The notes below the pieces were generated by a model, which saw nothing but the letters and a program-made list of their open reading frames with translations, did not search any database and was not told where the DNA came from. This document shows, in pieces, positions 50,785 to 60,570 of a DNA stretch of 64,000 bases. Position numbers and translations under genes: made by a program. Within the stretch, counting starts at the first letter, position 1; every line of letters begins with the position of its first letter. Source of the DNA: an uncultured Gemmatimonadales bacterium (GTDB lineage: Bacteria; Gemmatimonadota; Gemmatimonadetes; Longimicrobiales; RSA9); NCBI GenBank assembly GCA_963741945.1, contig CAVUKA010000003.1, forward strand, positions 480,001-544,000, given 5' to 3'.

Positions 50785-52842
50785 ATGATGCCGCGGACCC
50801 TACCGCCGGACACAGCCAGAGATCCAGAGCTGGAACCACCGGCTCTCGAGCCGGACTCCCAACTCGCGCTCGGCGCCGCCGTGCTCGAGTCCACCGGTGA
50901 AGCGGTGCTGTCCGTGGACCGCGACGGCCGGATCCTGACCTGGAACGAGGCCGCCCGCTCGCTCTTCGGGATGTCCGCTCGCCAGGTCATCGGCATCCGC
51001 CTCGTCGAGCTTTCCCCCGCCGGTCCGCTCCAGGATCGGGTGGCCGACCTGCTGGACCGCGCCCTCGATGGCGGTGCGTGGCAGGGAGACCTGGTGGTGA
51101 CGGACCGGGGCGGCCGCGCTGTTCCCATTCTCGCCACCGTCACGCCGCTGCGGGACCCGGAACAGCGGATCATTGGTGGCGTGTGCGTGGCCCGGGAGGG
51201 CACAGATCGCACGGCGGCGGCCGAAGCACTGCGGCGCTCGGAGCAGCGCGCGGACATGGTGCGCGCCGCATCGGACTCGGTCATCTGGGAGATGGACCTG
51301 CGGAGCGGCACCCTGCAGTGGAGCGACGCCATCACGTCCACGTTCGGCTACCCCCCCGATTCGGTCGAGCCGTCGGAGACGTGGTGGCGGGAGCGGATCC
51401 ACCCGGACGATCGGCCACGGGTGGAGGATCGGCTGCGCGCCATCCTGGAGGAGGGCGCGCGGTTCTGGACCGAGGAATACCGGTTCCGGCGCCACGACGG
51501 CGGGTACGCCCTCGTGTTCGACCGGGCCCACGTTGCGTACGACGAGCACGGCGTGGCGGTGGGAGCGGTCGGCGCGATGGTGGACCTGACGGAGCGGCGC
51601 CGGCTGCGGGAAGAGCAGCGGCTGCTGTCCCAGGCGAGCATGATCCTCGACCTCTCGCTGGATCCCGAGACCACGCTCCCCACGATCGCGCGCCTGACCA
51701 CCACCATCCTGGCCGACATCTGCTTCGTTCGCGTCGACCCGGGCGATGGGTTTCCGGGGCTCACCACGGCCTCCCATTCCGACCCTCGCCTGCAGTGGGT
51801 GGTGGACGAGATCGCCGGGTTCGTCGACGGCAGCGGACTGGAGTCCGAAGTGCTGCAAGCGGTGCGGCGGGCGGGCGAGCCGCTTCTGTTCGCCCGCATC
51901 CCGGAGAGCGCCATGGACCAGCTGGCGATCGAGGGCAGGGCGCGGACGCTGGCGCGGGACCTCGGCGCACGCAGCGCCGTCGCGGTCCCGTTGCGGGCCA
52001 AGCGCGGGCTGGTGGGCGTGTTGCTGGTGGCCCGGACCGCGGGCACGGACCCGTACGACGAAGCGGACGTCCACGTGCTGGAAGAGCTGGGGCGCCGGAT
52101 CGGCCTGGCGGTGGACCATGCTCGGCTGTTCCAGGAAGCCCAGCTGGCGAATCGGGCCAAGTCCGACTTCCTGGCGGTGATCAGTCACGAGCTCCGGACG
52201 CCGCTCACGGCCGTCCTGGGCTATGCCGACCTCCTCTCCGCGGAAGTGTCCGGCCCTCTGAACGAGAAGCAGAAGCACCAAGTGGACCGGATCCGGGCGG
52301 GCTCGGACCGCCTGCTCCAGCTCATCGAGGGGATCCTGGCGTTCGCCCGCCTGAAGGCCGGTACGGAGCGGGTGCGACGCCAGGCCGTGAAGCTGCAGCC
52401 GCTCCTCGAACGCCTGTCCGCCGTGCTTGGACCACGGATCCGGGAGGACGGAAGCACCCTCGTCATGGAGACGTCCATGGCCCCCGACGTGATGCCGACG
52501 GACGAGGAGAAGCTGCTCCAGATCCTGGTGGCGCTGCTGCTCAACGCCATGAAGTTCGCCCATCACGGAGCCATCCGGCTCCACGTAGGGCGGCAGGATG
52601 GCCGCGTCACCTTCGATGTGAGCGACAACGGAAGCGGGATCGCCCCCGAGCACCTGCCCCACATCTTCAATCCTTTCTGGCAGGCGGAGCAGCCCGCTAC
52701 GCGGAGGGCGGGCGGCGCGGGGCTGGGCCTCAGCCTGGCGAGGCGAACGGCCCGGCTCCTGCACGGCGACGTGGTGGTCCTCGAGAGCTCGCCGGCCGGC
52801 ACCACTTTCCGCCTCGAAATTCCGGAGGAAGTGGCGCAATGA
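50785..52842 (+). CDS. PAS-PAS-GAF sensor histidine kinase
   Basis: WNEAA and IHPDD PAS motifs, a GAF domain, SHELRTPL, NAMKF, DNGSG, GAGLGL. Confidence 0.92.
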   Translation: MMPRTLPPDTARDPELEPPALEPDSQLALGAAVLESTGEAVLSVDRDGRILTWNEAARSLFGMSARQVIGIRLVELSPAGPLQDRVADLLDRALDGGAWQGDLVVTDRGGRAVPILATVTPLRDPEQRIIGGVCVAREGTDRTAAAEALRRSEQRADMVRAASDSVIWEMDLRSGTLQWSDAITSTFGYPPDSVEPSETWWRERIHPDDRPRVEDRLRAILEEGARFWTEEYRFRRHDGGYALVFDRAHVAYDEHGVAVGAVGAMVDLTERRRLREEQRLLSQASMILDLSLDPETTLPTIARLTTTILADICFVRVDPGDGFPGLTTASHSDPRLQWVVDEIAGFVDGSGLESEVLQAVRRAGEPLLFARIPESAMDQLAIEGRARTLARDLGARSAVAVPLRAKRGLVGVLLVARTAGTDPYDEADVHVLEELGRRIGLAVDHARLFQEAQLANRAKSDFLAVISHELRTPLTAVLGYADLLSAEVSGPLNEKQKHQVDRIRAGSDRLLQLIEGILAFARLKAGTERVRRQAVKLQPLLERLSAVLGPRIREDGSTLVMETSMAPDVMPTDEEKLLQILVALLLNAMKFAHHGAIRLHVGRQDGRVTFDVSDNGSGIAPEHLPHIFNPFWQAEQPATRRAGGAGLGLSLARRTARLLHGDVVVLESSPAGTTFRLEIPEEVAQ

Positions 52843-52956
52843 CTAGGAACTCGGGTGGTTTTCATACCAGCTGGCCTCTATCTTGATGCGCTTTCCGGGG
52901 CACCGGGCGCCACCGCCCGGCCCTGAGACGAGAAGAAAGCGCGACGGCCCCACGCT

Positions 52957-55704
52957 GTGAGCAACGAAAAGAAGAGCCTGGCTTTCGATTCCTACAATGC
53001 GGGATACGCGCAGGCCCTCTACGAGGACTACGTGCGCGACCCGTCGTCCGTGGATGCGCGCTGGGGCGCCATCTTCGGGATGGACCCCGGCCGCACGGGC
53101 CTCATTCCCGTATCAAACGGGGGCGGGGCACCGTCGCGGGCGCAGTTGCGTGCCGCCATGGCGGCCGCGGGGCTGGTGGACGCCTACCGCCTGCACGGTC
53201 ACAAGGCCGCGCAGCTGGATCCCCTCGGCAGCGCGCCGCCCGGGCATCCCATGCTCGCACCGGAGTTCCACGGCATCCGGGCGGACGAGCTGGACGCGAT
53301 CCCCGCCTCGCTTCTGGGGCTTGGCGACCCGGGCGTCAGCATGCAGACGGTGCTCGGCTGGCTGCGCCGGACGTACACGGCCACGATCGGCTACGAGTAC
53401 GAGCACCTGGAGGACCCGACGCGGCGGGAGTGGCTGCGGCGGCGGATCGAGTCGGGCGAGCACCGGGAGCCTCTGAGCCGGGAAGAGCGGCTGCGGCTCC
53501 TGCGTCGCCTTACGGAAGTGGAGTCGCTCGAGCAGTTCCTGCACCGTGCATACCTGGGGCAGAAGCGGTTCAGTGTGGAGGGGAACGACATGCTCATCCC
53601 CATGCTGGACGTGTCCATCGAGCTGGCCGCGGCCGATGGCGCGCGGGAGGTGGTGCTGGGGATGGCGCACCGGGGGCGGCTGAACGTGCTGGCCCACGTC
53701 ATCGGCCGGCCATACGAGAAGATCCTCGGCGAGTTCGAAGGGCAGCAGCTGGGGAGCGGCACGGGCGACGTGAAGTACCACGTGGGAGCGGATGGCTCCT
53801 ACCGCACCCGCGAAGGGCAGGAGCTGCCCGTGACCATGGCTCCGAACCCCAGTCACCTGGAGTTCGTGAACCCGGTGGTGGAAGGGATGGCCCGGGCCAA
53901 GCAGACGGACCGGAGCGGGAGGCGAATCGCCCAGGATGTGGCGCGCGCACTCCCGATCCTCATGCACGGCGATGCGGCGTTCGCCGGTCAGGGGATCGTG
54001 GCCGAGACGCTCAACCTGGCCCGTCTCGCCGGGTACGAGACGGGCGGCACGCTCCACATCATCGTGAACAACCAGATCGGCTTCACCACCGAGCCGCAGG
54101 AAGACCGGTCCACCAGCTACGCCAGCGACCTGGCCCGCGGCTTCGACATCCCGGTCTTCCACGTCAACGCGGACCACCCGGAAGCCTGCCTCGCCGTGGT
54201 CCGGCTCGCCATGGAGTACCGCGCGCGGTTCCAGGCGGACGTGCTGATCGACCTGGTGGGGTACCGCCGCTACGGCCACAACGAGGGCGACGAGCCGGCG
54301 TACACGCAGCCGCTCATGTACGCGAAAGTGGCCGAGCAACCGACTGTGCTGAAGCAGTGGGGGGACCGTCTCGTGGAGGAGGGAACGCTCGACCCGGACG
54401 AGCGGGAGCGGATCTGGGACGAGGCGTACGAGAAGCTGACCCGCATCCAGGCCGAGGTGAAGGAGCAGGCCGCGAAAGCGAAGGGGCAGTCAGCCACGCC
54501 GCCCGTGGAGCCCGCCACACTGGAAGCCCCCGTGGACACGGCCGTGGACCGCGAGCAGCTCCTGGCCTACGACCGGCAGCTGCACGGGTGGCCCGATGAC
54601 TTCCATCCCAACCCGAAGCTGGAGCGCCAGCTGCAGCGCCGTGCCCGCGCGCTGCCGGACAACGGCGGTGTGGACTGGGCCCACGCGGAATCCCTTGCGT
54701 TCGCATCGCTCCTCGCCGAAGGCACGCCGATCCGCCTTTCGGGGCAGGACTCGGTGCGGGGCACGTTCAGCCAGCGCCACCTGACGCTCCGGGACGTGGA
54801 GAACGGGAGCGGGTACACGCCGCTCGCGGAGCTGACCGAGGCGCGGGCGCCGTTCGAGGTCTACAACAGCCCGCTCTCCGAGGCCGGCGTGCTCGGCTTC
54901 GAATACGGCTACAGCACGGCCACGCCCGCATCGCTCATCCTGTGGGAAGCCCAGTTCGGCGACTTCGTCAACAGCGCCGAGGTGATCGTCGATCAGTTCA
55001 TCGTGGCGGGTCGCGCCAAGTGGGGGCAGGAGAGCCGCCTCGTCCTGCTGCTGCCGCACGGGTACGAAGGACAGGGGCCCGAGCACTCCAGCGCGCGCAT
55101 GGAGCGGTTCCTCCAGCTGGCCGCCGAAGACAACATCCGGGTGGCCAACTGCACCACGCCCGCCCAGTACTTCCACCTGCTGCGGCGGCAGGCGCGTCTC
55201 AGCGAGCTGCGGCCTCTGGTGGTGTTCACGCCCAAGAGCCTGCTCCGCCACCCGCGTGCGGTGTCCAGCCCGGACGAGCTGAGCCAGGGCCGGTTCAACC
55301 TGGTCCTGGACGACACCGAGGCGCGCGAGCGCGAGGCCGACATCCGGCGCATCGTCCTCTGCAGCGGCAAGGTCTTCTACGATCTCACCGGGAGCGAGCA
55401 GCGAAAGGAGAGCGGCGACGTGGCCGTGGTCCGGGTCGAGCAGCTCTACCCCTGCCCCGAGGACGCCCTCGTCGAAATCCTGGATTCATACCCGAACGCG
55501 CGCGAGCTCGTGTGGACGCAGGAGGAGCCCGCCAACATGGGCGCGTGGACCTACATGCGCCCGTGGCTGCAGCGCCTCGCGGGCGACCGCTTCGATGTCG
55601 CCTACGCGGGTCGCCCCGCGCGCGCCAGCCCGGCCGAGGGGTACAAGAAGGCCCACGACGCCCAGCAATCCCGCATCGTCCGCGAAGCGTTCGCGTCGTC
55701 GTGA
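52957..55704 (+). CDS. sucA: 2-oxoglutarate dehydrogenase E1 component
   Basis: GQKRFS, GMAHRGRLN, HGDAAFAGQG, WEAQFGDF, GPEHSSAR, QEEPANMG. Confidence 0.96.
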   Translation: MSNEKKSLAFDSYNAGYAQALYEDYVRDPSSVDARWGAIFGMDPGRTGLIPVSNGGGAPSRAQLRAAMAAAGLVDAYRLHGHKAAQLDPLGSAPPGHPMLAPEFHGIRADELDAIPASLLGLGDPGVSMQTVLGWLRRTYTATIGYEYEHLEDPTRREWLRRRIESGEHREPLSREERLRLLRRLTEVESLEQFLHRAYLGQKRFSVEGNDMLIPMLDVSIELAAADGAREVVLGMAHRGRLNVLAHVIGRPYEKILGEFEGQQLGSGTGDVKYHVGADGSYRTREGQELPVTMAPNPSHLEFVNPVVEGMARAKQTDRSGRRIAQDVARALPILMHGDAAFAGQGIVAETLNLARLAGYETGGTLHIIVNNQIGFTTEPQEDRSTSYASDLARGFDIPVFHVNADHPEACLAVVRLAMEYRARFQADVLIDLVGYRRYGHNEGDEPAYTQPLMYAKVAEQPTVLKQWGDRLVEEGTLDPDERERIWDEAYEKLTRIQAEVKEQAAKAKGQSATPPVEPATLEAPVDTAVDREQLLAYDRQLHGWPDDFHPNPKLERQLQRRARALPDNGGVDWAHAESLAFASLLAEGTPIRLSGQDSVRGTFSQRHLTLRDVENGSGYTPLAELTEARAPFEVYNSPLSEAGVLGFEYGYSTATPASLILWEAQFGDFVNSAEVIVDQFIVAGRAKWGQESRLVLLLPHGYEGQGPEHSSARMERFLQLAAEDNIRVANCTTPAQYFHLLRRQARLSELRPLVVFTPKSLLRHPRAVSSPDELSQGRFNLVLDDTEAREREADIRRIVLCSGKVFYDLTGSEQRKESGDVAVVRVEQLYPCPEDALVEILDSYPNARELVWTQEEPANMGAWTYMRPWLQRLAGDRFDVAYAGRPARASPAEGYKKAHDAQQSRIVREAFASS

Positions 55705-55714
55705 GGCCGACCCC

Positions 55715-56482
55715 TCACGCGGCCACGCGGAGATCGGACATCCTGGACCGGAGCCGCCCGAGCGCGCGGCTCCGGAGCTGGGAGACCCGGGACTCGCTCA
55801 CACCCAGCCGCCGCCCCACCTCACGGAGCGTCCAGCCTTCGAGGTCGTAGAGGCGGACGACCAGCCGGTCCCGCTCCTCCAGCCCCTCCAGCTCCCTCAG
55901 CAGCCGCTGCACTTCCGCCTGCCGCGTCAGCCGCTCCTCGAGATCGTCTTCATCGGCGCCACCGCGGAGGACCACGTCCACCAACGGCCTCTCCCCGCTC
56001 GCCCCGGCTTCCACCTGGCTGAGCGACACCGTGCGACTCCGCACCGCGTCCCACTTCCACCGCCACAGCGTCTTCACGTCCACGCCAAGCACCCGCGCCA
56101 GCTCCGGGTGCGCCGGGCTCCGGTCCAGGTCCACCGTCAGCCGGCCCTGTGCCTTACGCATGCGGCGCTGATTCCGCCGCACCGAGCGCGGAACCGTGTC
56201 GCGCCGCCGCATCTCGTCCAGCATCGCCCCGCGGATCCGCGTGGCCGCGAACGTGCTGAACCGGAATCCGCGATCCGGGTCGTATCCGGCCACAGCTTCC
56301 ATCAGACCGAGTACGCCCGCGCTCACCAGCTCGCCCGCCTCCATCTCTCCACTCGCCTGCGGCAGCATCCGGCCGGCGAAATGGTGCACCAGCGGCAGGT
56401 GTCGCTCCACCAGCCGGTTCCGCGCTTCCACATCTCCGTCGCTACGGAACCGGACCCAGTCCTGTCGCTCGCTCGACGTCAT
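55715..56482 (-). CDS. Sigma-28 (FliA/WhiG family) RNA polymerase sigma factor
   Basis: FSTFAATRIRGAMLDEMR, PRSVR, TLREVG...GVSESRVSQL. Confidence 0.9.
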   Translation of the reverse strand: MTSSERQDWVRFRSDGDVEARNRLVERHLPLVHHFAGRMLPQASGEMEAGELVSAGVLGLMEAVAGYDPDRGFRFSTFAATRIRGAMLDEMRRRDTVPRSVRRNQRRMRKAQGRLTVDLDRSPAHPELARVLGVDVKTLWRWKWDAVRSRTVSLSQVEAGASGERPLVDVVLRGGADEDDLEERLTRQAEVQRLLRELEGLEERDRLVVRLYDLEGWTLREVGRRLGVSESRVSQLRSRALGRLRSRMSDLRVAA

Positions 56483-56530
56483 CGTCCGTCACCTTCGTGG
56501 GGGGGAGACCCGTGAACCGCACTTCATCGA

Positions 56531-56546
56531 GGCAACGGTCGTACCG
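56531..56546 (-). promoter_or_regulatory. Putative sigma-54 promoter for the sigma-28 gene
   Basis: Minus strand CGGTACG-accg-TTGCC; an IHF-like CAA-N4-TTA at 56575-56584 lies upstream. Confidence 0.5.
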
Positions 56547-56830
56547 GCGGGCCGGCGGCGAGCATGGGGCTGTGTAAGGTGTTGTGCTGCAGCGACGTAG
56601 GCGCCTTTCGACCGAAGAGCGCACCGGCCGTCCACCGGCGCGGCAGGGCGGCAAACATTGCCGGGCGGGGAACAAATGACCGGTTCCGCGCGGAAATGTA
56701 TTCCGGCCGACCCGGGGATCCGGCGAGGGGGGCTGAACCCGCGGCGGGGAGCCGGGTATCACGACCCGGTTGCCCGCGGGGACGGGCGGCTGAATGTTGA
56801 CTGGAAGGAAGAACCCGCGCCCGGAGAGCG

Positions 56831-57394
56831 ATGGAGCACCTCGTCGTCGTCCCGCATCCGACCCCGATCGAGCTGGAGGCGCGCTCGATCCGCCACAACG
56901 CCGTGCCGGAAGGCGCGGTGGGCCTGGGCTATTACTACGGCGGTCGCCTGATCGCGCGCAGCGTGGTGGCTGCGGGCGCGCTGGAGGCCATCCAGGCGCT
57001 GCTGTCGTCGCCGGTATCGGTGGCGCTGGCGGCGAGGGAGGATGAGGAGGGGAACATCGACGGCCGGATCTGCCTGGTGCTGCCGGTGGAGCCGGACGAG
57101 GACATGGGGTTCGGGGAGGGGGAGGAAGAGGAGGACGCGGAGCCGTGGCGCGCGAGTGTTCCGCCGCCGCCTTCGGAGGTCGAGGGGGGATACGAAGGAG
57201 GGGGAGCGGAGGACGAGGACGGGGAGCCTCAATACGCGCTGCTGCCCATCGGCAACGTGATCCGGCCGGCGGCGGACCGGCACCACCCGCGGGAGGTTGC
57301 GGGCGACGTGCGGGAGATGCTGGACAACCTGCTTGCGGGGGGCGGCCAGGACTCCGTCAAGAAGGCGATCGACGACCTGCTGCGGAGCATCTGA
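56831..57394 (+). CDS. Acidic hypothetical protein
   Basis: GGAGAG RBS, coding-like composition, fills the gap between neighbouring genes. Confidence 0.65.
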   Translation: MEHLVVVPHPTPIELEARSIRHNAVPEGAVGLGYYYGGRLIARSVVAAGALEAIQALLSSPVSVALAAREDEEGNIDGRICLVLPVEPDEDMGFGEGEEEEDAEPWRASVPPPPSEVEGGYEGGGAEDEDGEPQYALLPIGNVIRPAADRHHPREVAGDVREMLDNLLAGGGQDSVKKAIDDLLRSI

Positions 57395-57399
57395 GGCGA

Positions 57400-59364
57400 T
57401 CAGCCAGCGAAGATGTCGGCCACCCGGTGCAGGTAATCCTTCATCTGGAACGGCTTGCGGATGAAGCGGTCGGGACGGCGCTGGGCGAGCGAGGCGATCT
57501 CGGGGTCCCCGACGTCGCCAGTGACGAAGAGGAAGCGGTCGGCGAGAGCCGGCCGCTCTTTTTCGATCCAGTCATAGAGGTCGAGGCCGCTTCCGCCGGG
57601 CATTTTGACGTCGGAGATGACGAGATCGACGTCCTGCTCCTGGAGGATGGCGCGGGCGTCGCGGGCGCAGGAGGCAAGGAGCACGTCGGCGTTGAGGCGC
57701 GCGAGGAGGCGCCGCTGCAGATCCCGGAGCGAAGACTCGTCTTCGACCACCAGCACGCGGGGTCGATGGTCGGGGAGCGCGAGGGCAGGCTCCTGCTCCG
57801 AACCCGCCGCGGCCCCGGGCTCCACCCCGGCCGGGAGCGTGATGGTCAGCTCCGCCCCTATGTCCGTGTTGCGGGCGGTCACCGACCCTCCGAGCTCCGA
57901 GAGGAACCGGTGCACGATGGAGAGTCCGAGGCCCGTGCCCTCCCCCACGGGCTTGGTGGTGAAGAACGGCTCGAACGCCCTGTCCGGATACGGGATGCCC
58001 GGCCCCTCGTCCTGGAACTCGATCACCACCCGGCCGCCCCGGGTCGACCGGCGGATCGCCAGGGTCCCGCCGCCCTGCAGCTTCATGGCGTCGAAGGCGT
58101 TGTTCACGATGTTCAGGAACACCTGCTGAAGCCGCTGCGGATCAGCCCGCACGTAGAGTCCGTTCTCCCCCTCCATGCGGATGTCCAGGCCGGCCTGAGA
58201 GAACGCGTAGCTCCGGATCCCGGTGACCAGCCGGAGCGCGGCGTCGATGCTCACGGGGCGGGACTCGGAGTCCGTCCGGCGGACGAAGGCCAGGAGGTTC
58301 TGGACGAGCTCCCGTGCACGGCGCGCCTCGCCGACGATCGGGTCGAGGAACTCGAAGCGGACCTCGTCGGTCGCCACGGTGTCCGTTTCCTGGAGGCGCG
58401 CCTCGAGGAGCTCGCCGAAGCCGAGAACGCTCGCGAGGGGGTTGTTCAGCTCGTGGGCGAGCCCGGCCATCATCCGGCCCATGGCGCTGAGCTTCTCCGT
58501 CTGGACCAGCTCTGCCTGCGTCTCCTGCAGGCGCGCGAGCGCCTCGGCGAGCTCCTCGTTCTGCCGCTCGAGATCCGCTTTCGTGGTGGCGACCTGCTCG
58601 GCCATCCGGTTGAAGCTCTGCGCGACAGTGGCGAGCTCGCCGTGGTGGGGCATGGCGACGCGGGCGCCTAGGTCGCCGGCGCCGAGGCGCGCGGCCGCGG
58701 TGGACAGCTCGGCCAGCGGCGCGGCGATCCGGCGGTAGACGTAATGCGCGGCGGCGAGCGTGACGGCGAAGAGGAAGAGCAGGACCGCCCCGGCGCTGTG
58801 GAAGAGGATGTCCATGGCGCGCGCCTGGTGCGAGGCGAGGCGCTGCAGATCCGCCTCACGCATCTGTCGGAACCGGGTCACGGCCGCCTGGAGCGCCACC
58901 GAATGGGAAAGCGCCGTCTCCGTGGCGCGCTCGGCTTCCGCCCGGTCGCCGAGACGCACGAGCTGGAAGGCCTCGGCGGCGGCCACTTCCATGGACTGGT
59001 GCTGCTCCTTGATGGTCTCGAGCTGTAGCCGCTCGTCGGGAGACAGGTCCCGGAAGAGGTAGCGTCGGATCTCACGGTACGCGTTCTCGCCCGCGGTCTC
59101 GAAGTCCCGGGCGAGCCGCTCCTCCCTCAGCACCGGAAAGACGGCGGCCGCCAGCATCTGGCGATTGACGGCGCCGACCAGCGCGTCGGCGATGCGCTGT
59201 TCTTCCAGGTAGCCGGCCGTCGCTCGCCGGAGATCGGCCTGCATGCGGGCATTGAAGTGGATCCCCAGCATCGCCGCAGTGGCGACGGCCGCGAGGTACC
59301 CACCCGCCAGGAAGACCAGGTTCCAGCGCAGGGACCTTCGCCGGCGGGTGGATTCGGGGCTCAT
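57400..59364 (-). CDS. Hybrid membrane sensor kinase (periplasmic helical sensor, HAMP, HisKA, HATPase, receiver)
   Basis: FNRMA, AHELNNPL, FEPFFTTK, GTGLGL, VVEDE, SDVKMP, KPF. Confidence 0.92.
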   Translation of the reverse strand: MSPESTRRRRSLRWNLVFLAGGYLAAVATAAMLGIHFNARMQADLRRATAGYLEEQRIADALVGAVNRQMLAAAVFPVLREERLARDFETAGENAYREIRRYLFRDLSPDERLQLETIKEQHQSMEVAAAEAFQLVRLGDRAEAERATETALSHSVALQAAVTRFRQMREADLQRLASHQARAMDILFHSAGAVLLFLFAVTLAAAHYVYRRIAAPLAELSTAAARLGAGDLGARVAMPHHGELATVAQSFNRMAEQVATTKADLERQNEELAEALARLQETQAELVQTEKLSAMGRMMAGLAHELNNPLASVLGFGELLEARLQETDTVATDEVRFEFLDPIVGEARRARELVQNLLAFVRRTDSESRPVSIDAALRLVTGIRSYAFSQAGLDIRMEGENGLYVRADPQRLQQVFLNIVNNAFDAMKLQGGGTLAIRRSTRGGRVVIEFQDEGPGIPYPDRAFEPFFTTKPVGEGTGLGLSIVHRFLSELGGSVTARNTDIGAELTITLPAGVEPGAAAGSEQEPALALPDHRPRVLVVEDESSLRDLQRRLLARLNADVLLASCARDARAILQEQDVDLVISDVKMPGGSGLDLYDWIEKERPALADRFLFVTGDVGDPEIASLAQRRPDRFIRKPFQMKDYLHRVADIFAG

Positions 59365-60449
59365 GGGCCGCGGGGCGCCGAAAGAAGGTAATCGCGCTCC
59401 ACGTCGCCATTCTCATCGAAGGCGATCGGGCCGGTGAGCCCCCGGAAGGGAGGCCGCTCCCGGCCGAGAGACATGAGGTAGCGCCGCAGCTGTGGTCCGG
59501 TGCGCGCCCCCGCAGCGGCGCCCGCCAACACGAGCGACATGGCGTCGTAGCTCAGCGCGTCGCCGCTCGTGGGCTCGTTGTGGAAGCGGCGGCGATACCG
59601 CTCGCGGAAGTCGCGCAGCTCCGGAGTGGCGTCGAGCCGCACGATTTCCGGGAAGACCACGTTGTCCCACAGCGCGGGATCGGGGGCGAGGTGCGCCGCC
59701 TCGGCCACGGCATCACTTCCGACCACCACGATCCCACCGAGCCCTCTTCGGATCTCGGGCAGGTAGCGGTTCAGGACATCCGCCCGCCCGAGCCAGAGCA
59801 GGAGGTCCGGCGACGCGTGCGTCAGCGTCCGGATGGAGCGGGCAATGGTCGCCGAATCCGCGCGCGCGTCCAGATGCGGGATTTCGACCACCTGCTCGAA
59901 AAGCGTCGTGTCGAGCGCCACCAGGAGGCCATCGCGGAGCCCCCGTCCGTAGTCGTCGTTGACGTAGAGGATCGCGATCCTGGCGCCGGCCGGGCGCATC
60001 CGGACCAGCTGGGCAGCCAGGAAGGCGCTCTGGCGCCGGTCCGGCGGCACGAGACGGAAACTGAACGGTCCGGCCTCCGAGTACACCTCCGCGGACGTGG
60101 TCGGCGCGATCTGGACCACGCGCTCAGCATTGTAGATCTGGGACGCGGCGAGGCTCGCGCCGCTGTTGGAGTGCCCGATCACCGCCATCATCCCGGGGAG
60201 CGCCGCGAACCGGCGCGCCGTCCCGATGGCGGGCGCGGGGCGGGACCCCTGGTCTGCCACGAAGAGCGTGTCGAACGGCGCCGGCTGGCTCGCATCCTGG
60301 AGCGCCAGCCGGGCGGCGTCGAGAAAGGCGCCGCTGCTGGAGACGCCCACGGCAGGCGGGGCGCTCCGCCCGCACCCGGGCACGAGGAGGATGGCCGAGA
60401 GAAGGGCCACTATGAGCGGCGCGGTTGAGCGACGGTTTCGCTGCTCCAT
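59361..60449 (-). CDS. Branched-chain amino acid-type periplasmic binding lipoprotein
   Basis: Lipobox VPGC, VIGHSNS, FRLVPPD, DDYGRG, YDA, GLTGPIAFDENGD. Confidence 0.85.
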   Translation of the reverse strand: MEQRNRRSTAPLIVALLSAILLVPGCGRSAPPAVGVSSSGAFLDAARLALQDASQPAPFDTLFVADQGSRPAPAIGTARRFAALPGMMAVIGHSNSGASLAASQIYNAERVVQIAPTTSAEVYSEAGPFSFRLVPPDRRQSAFLAAQLVRMRPAGARIAILYVNDDYGRGLRDGLLVALDTTLFEQVVEIPHLDARADSATIARSIRTLTHASPDLLLWLGRADVLNRYLPEIRRGLGGIVVVGSDAVAEAAHLAPDPALWDNVVFPEIVRLDATPELRDFRERYRRRFHNEPTSGDALSYDAMSLVLAGAAAGARTGPQLRRYLMSLGRERPPFRGLTGPIAFDENGDVERDYLLSAPRGP

Positions 60450-60570
60450 GACAGTGGCTTGAACGGGAAACGTTCCGAACACGCGAGCGCGCGCACCTGT
60501 TGACACAGGATCGGCCGGTCGCCGCCAGTCTTGAGGCGCGGCGTCCGGCCGACCGTGGCGAACCCACGTG

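Noticed and set aside
56575-56599. Recombinase or att-type palindrome TAAGGTGTTG-N5-CAGCGACGTA
   Set aside because: Only 6 of 10 positions are symmetric and no recombinase is nearby; better explained as an IHF-like site
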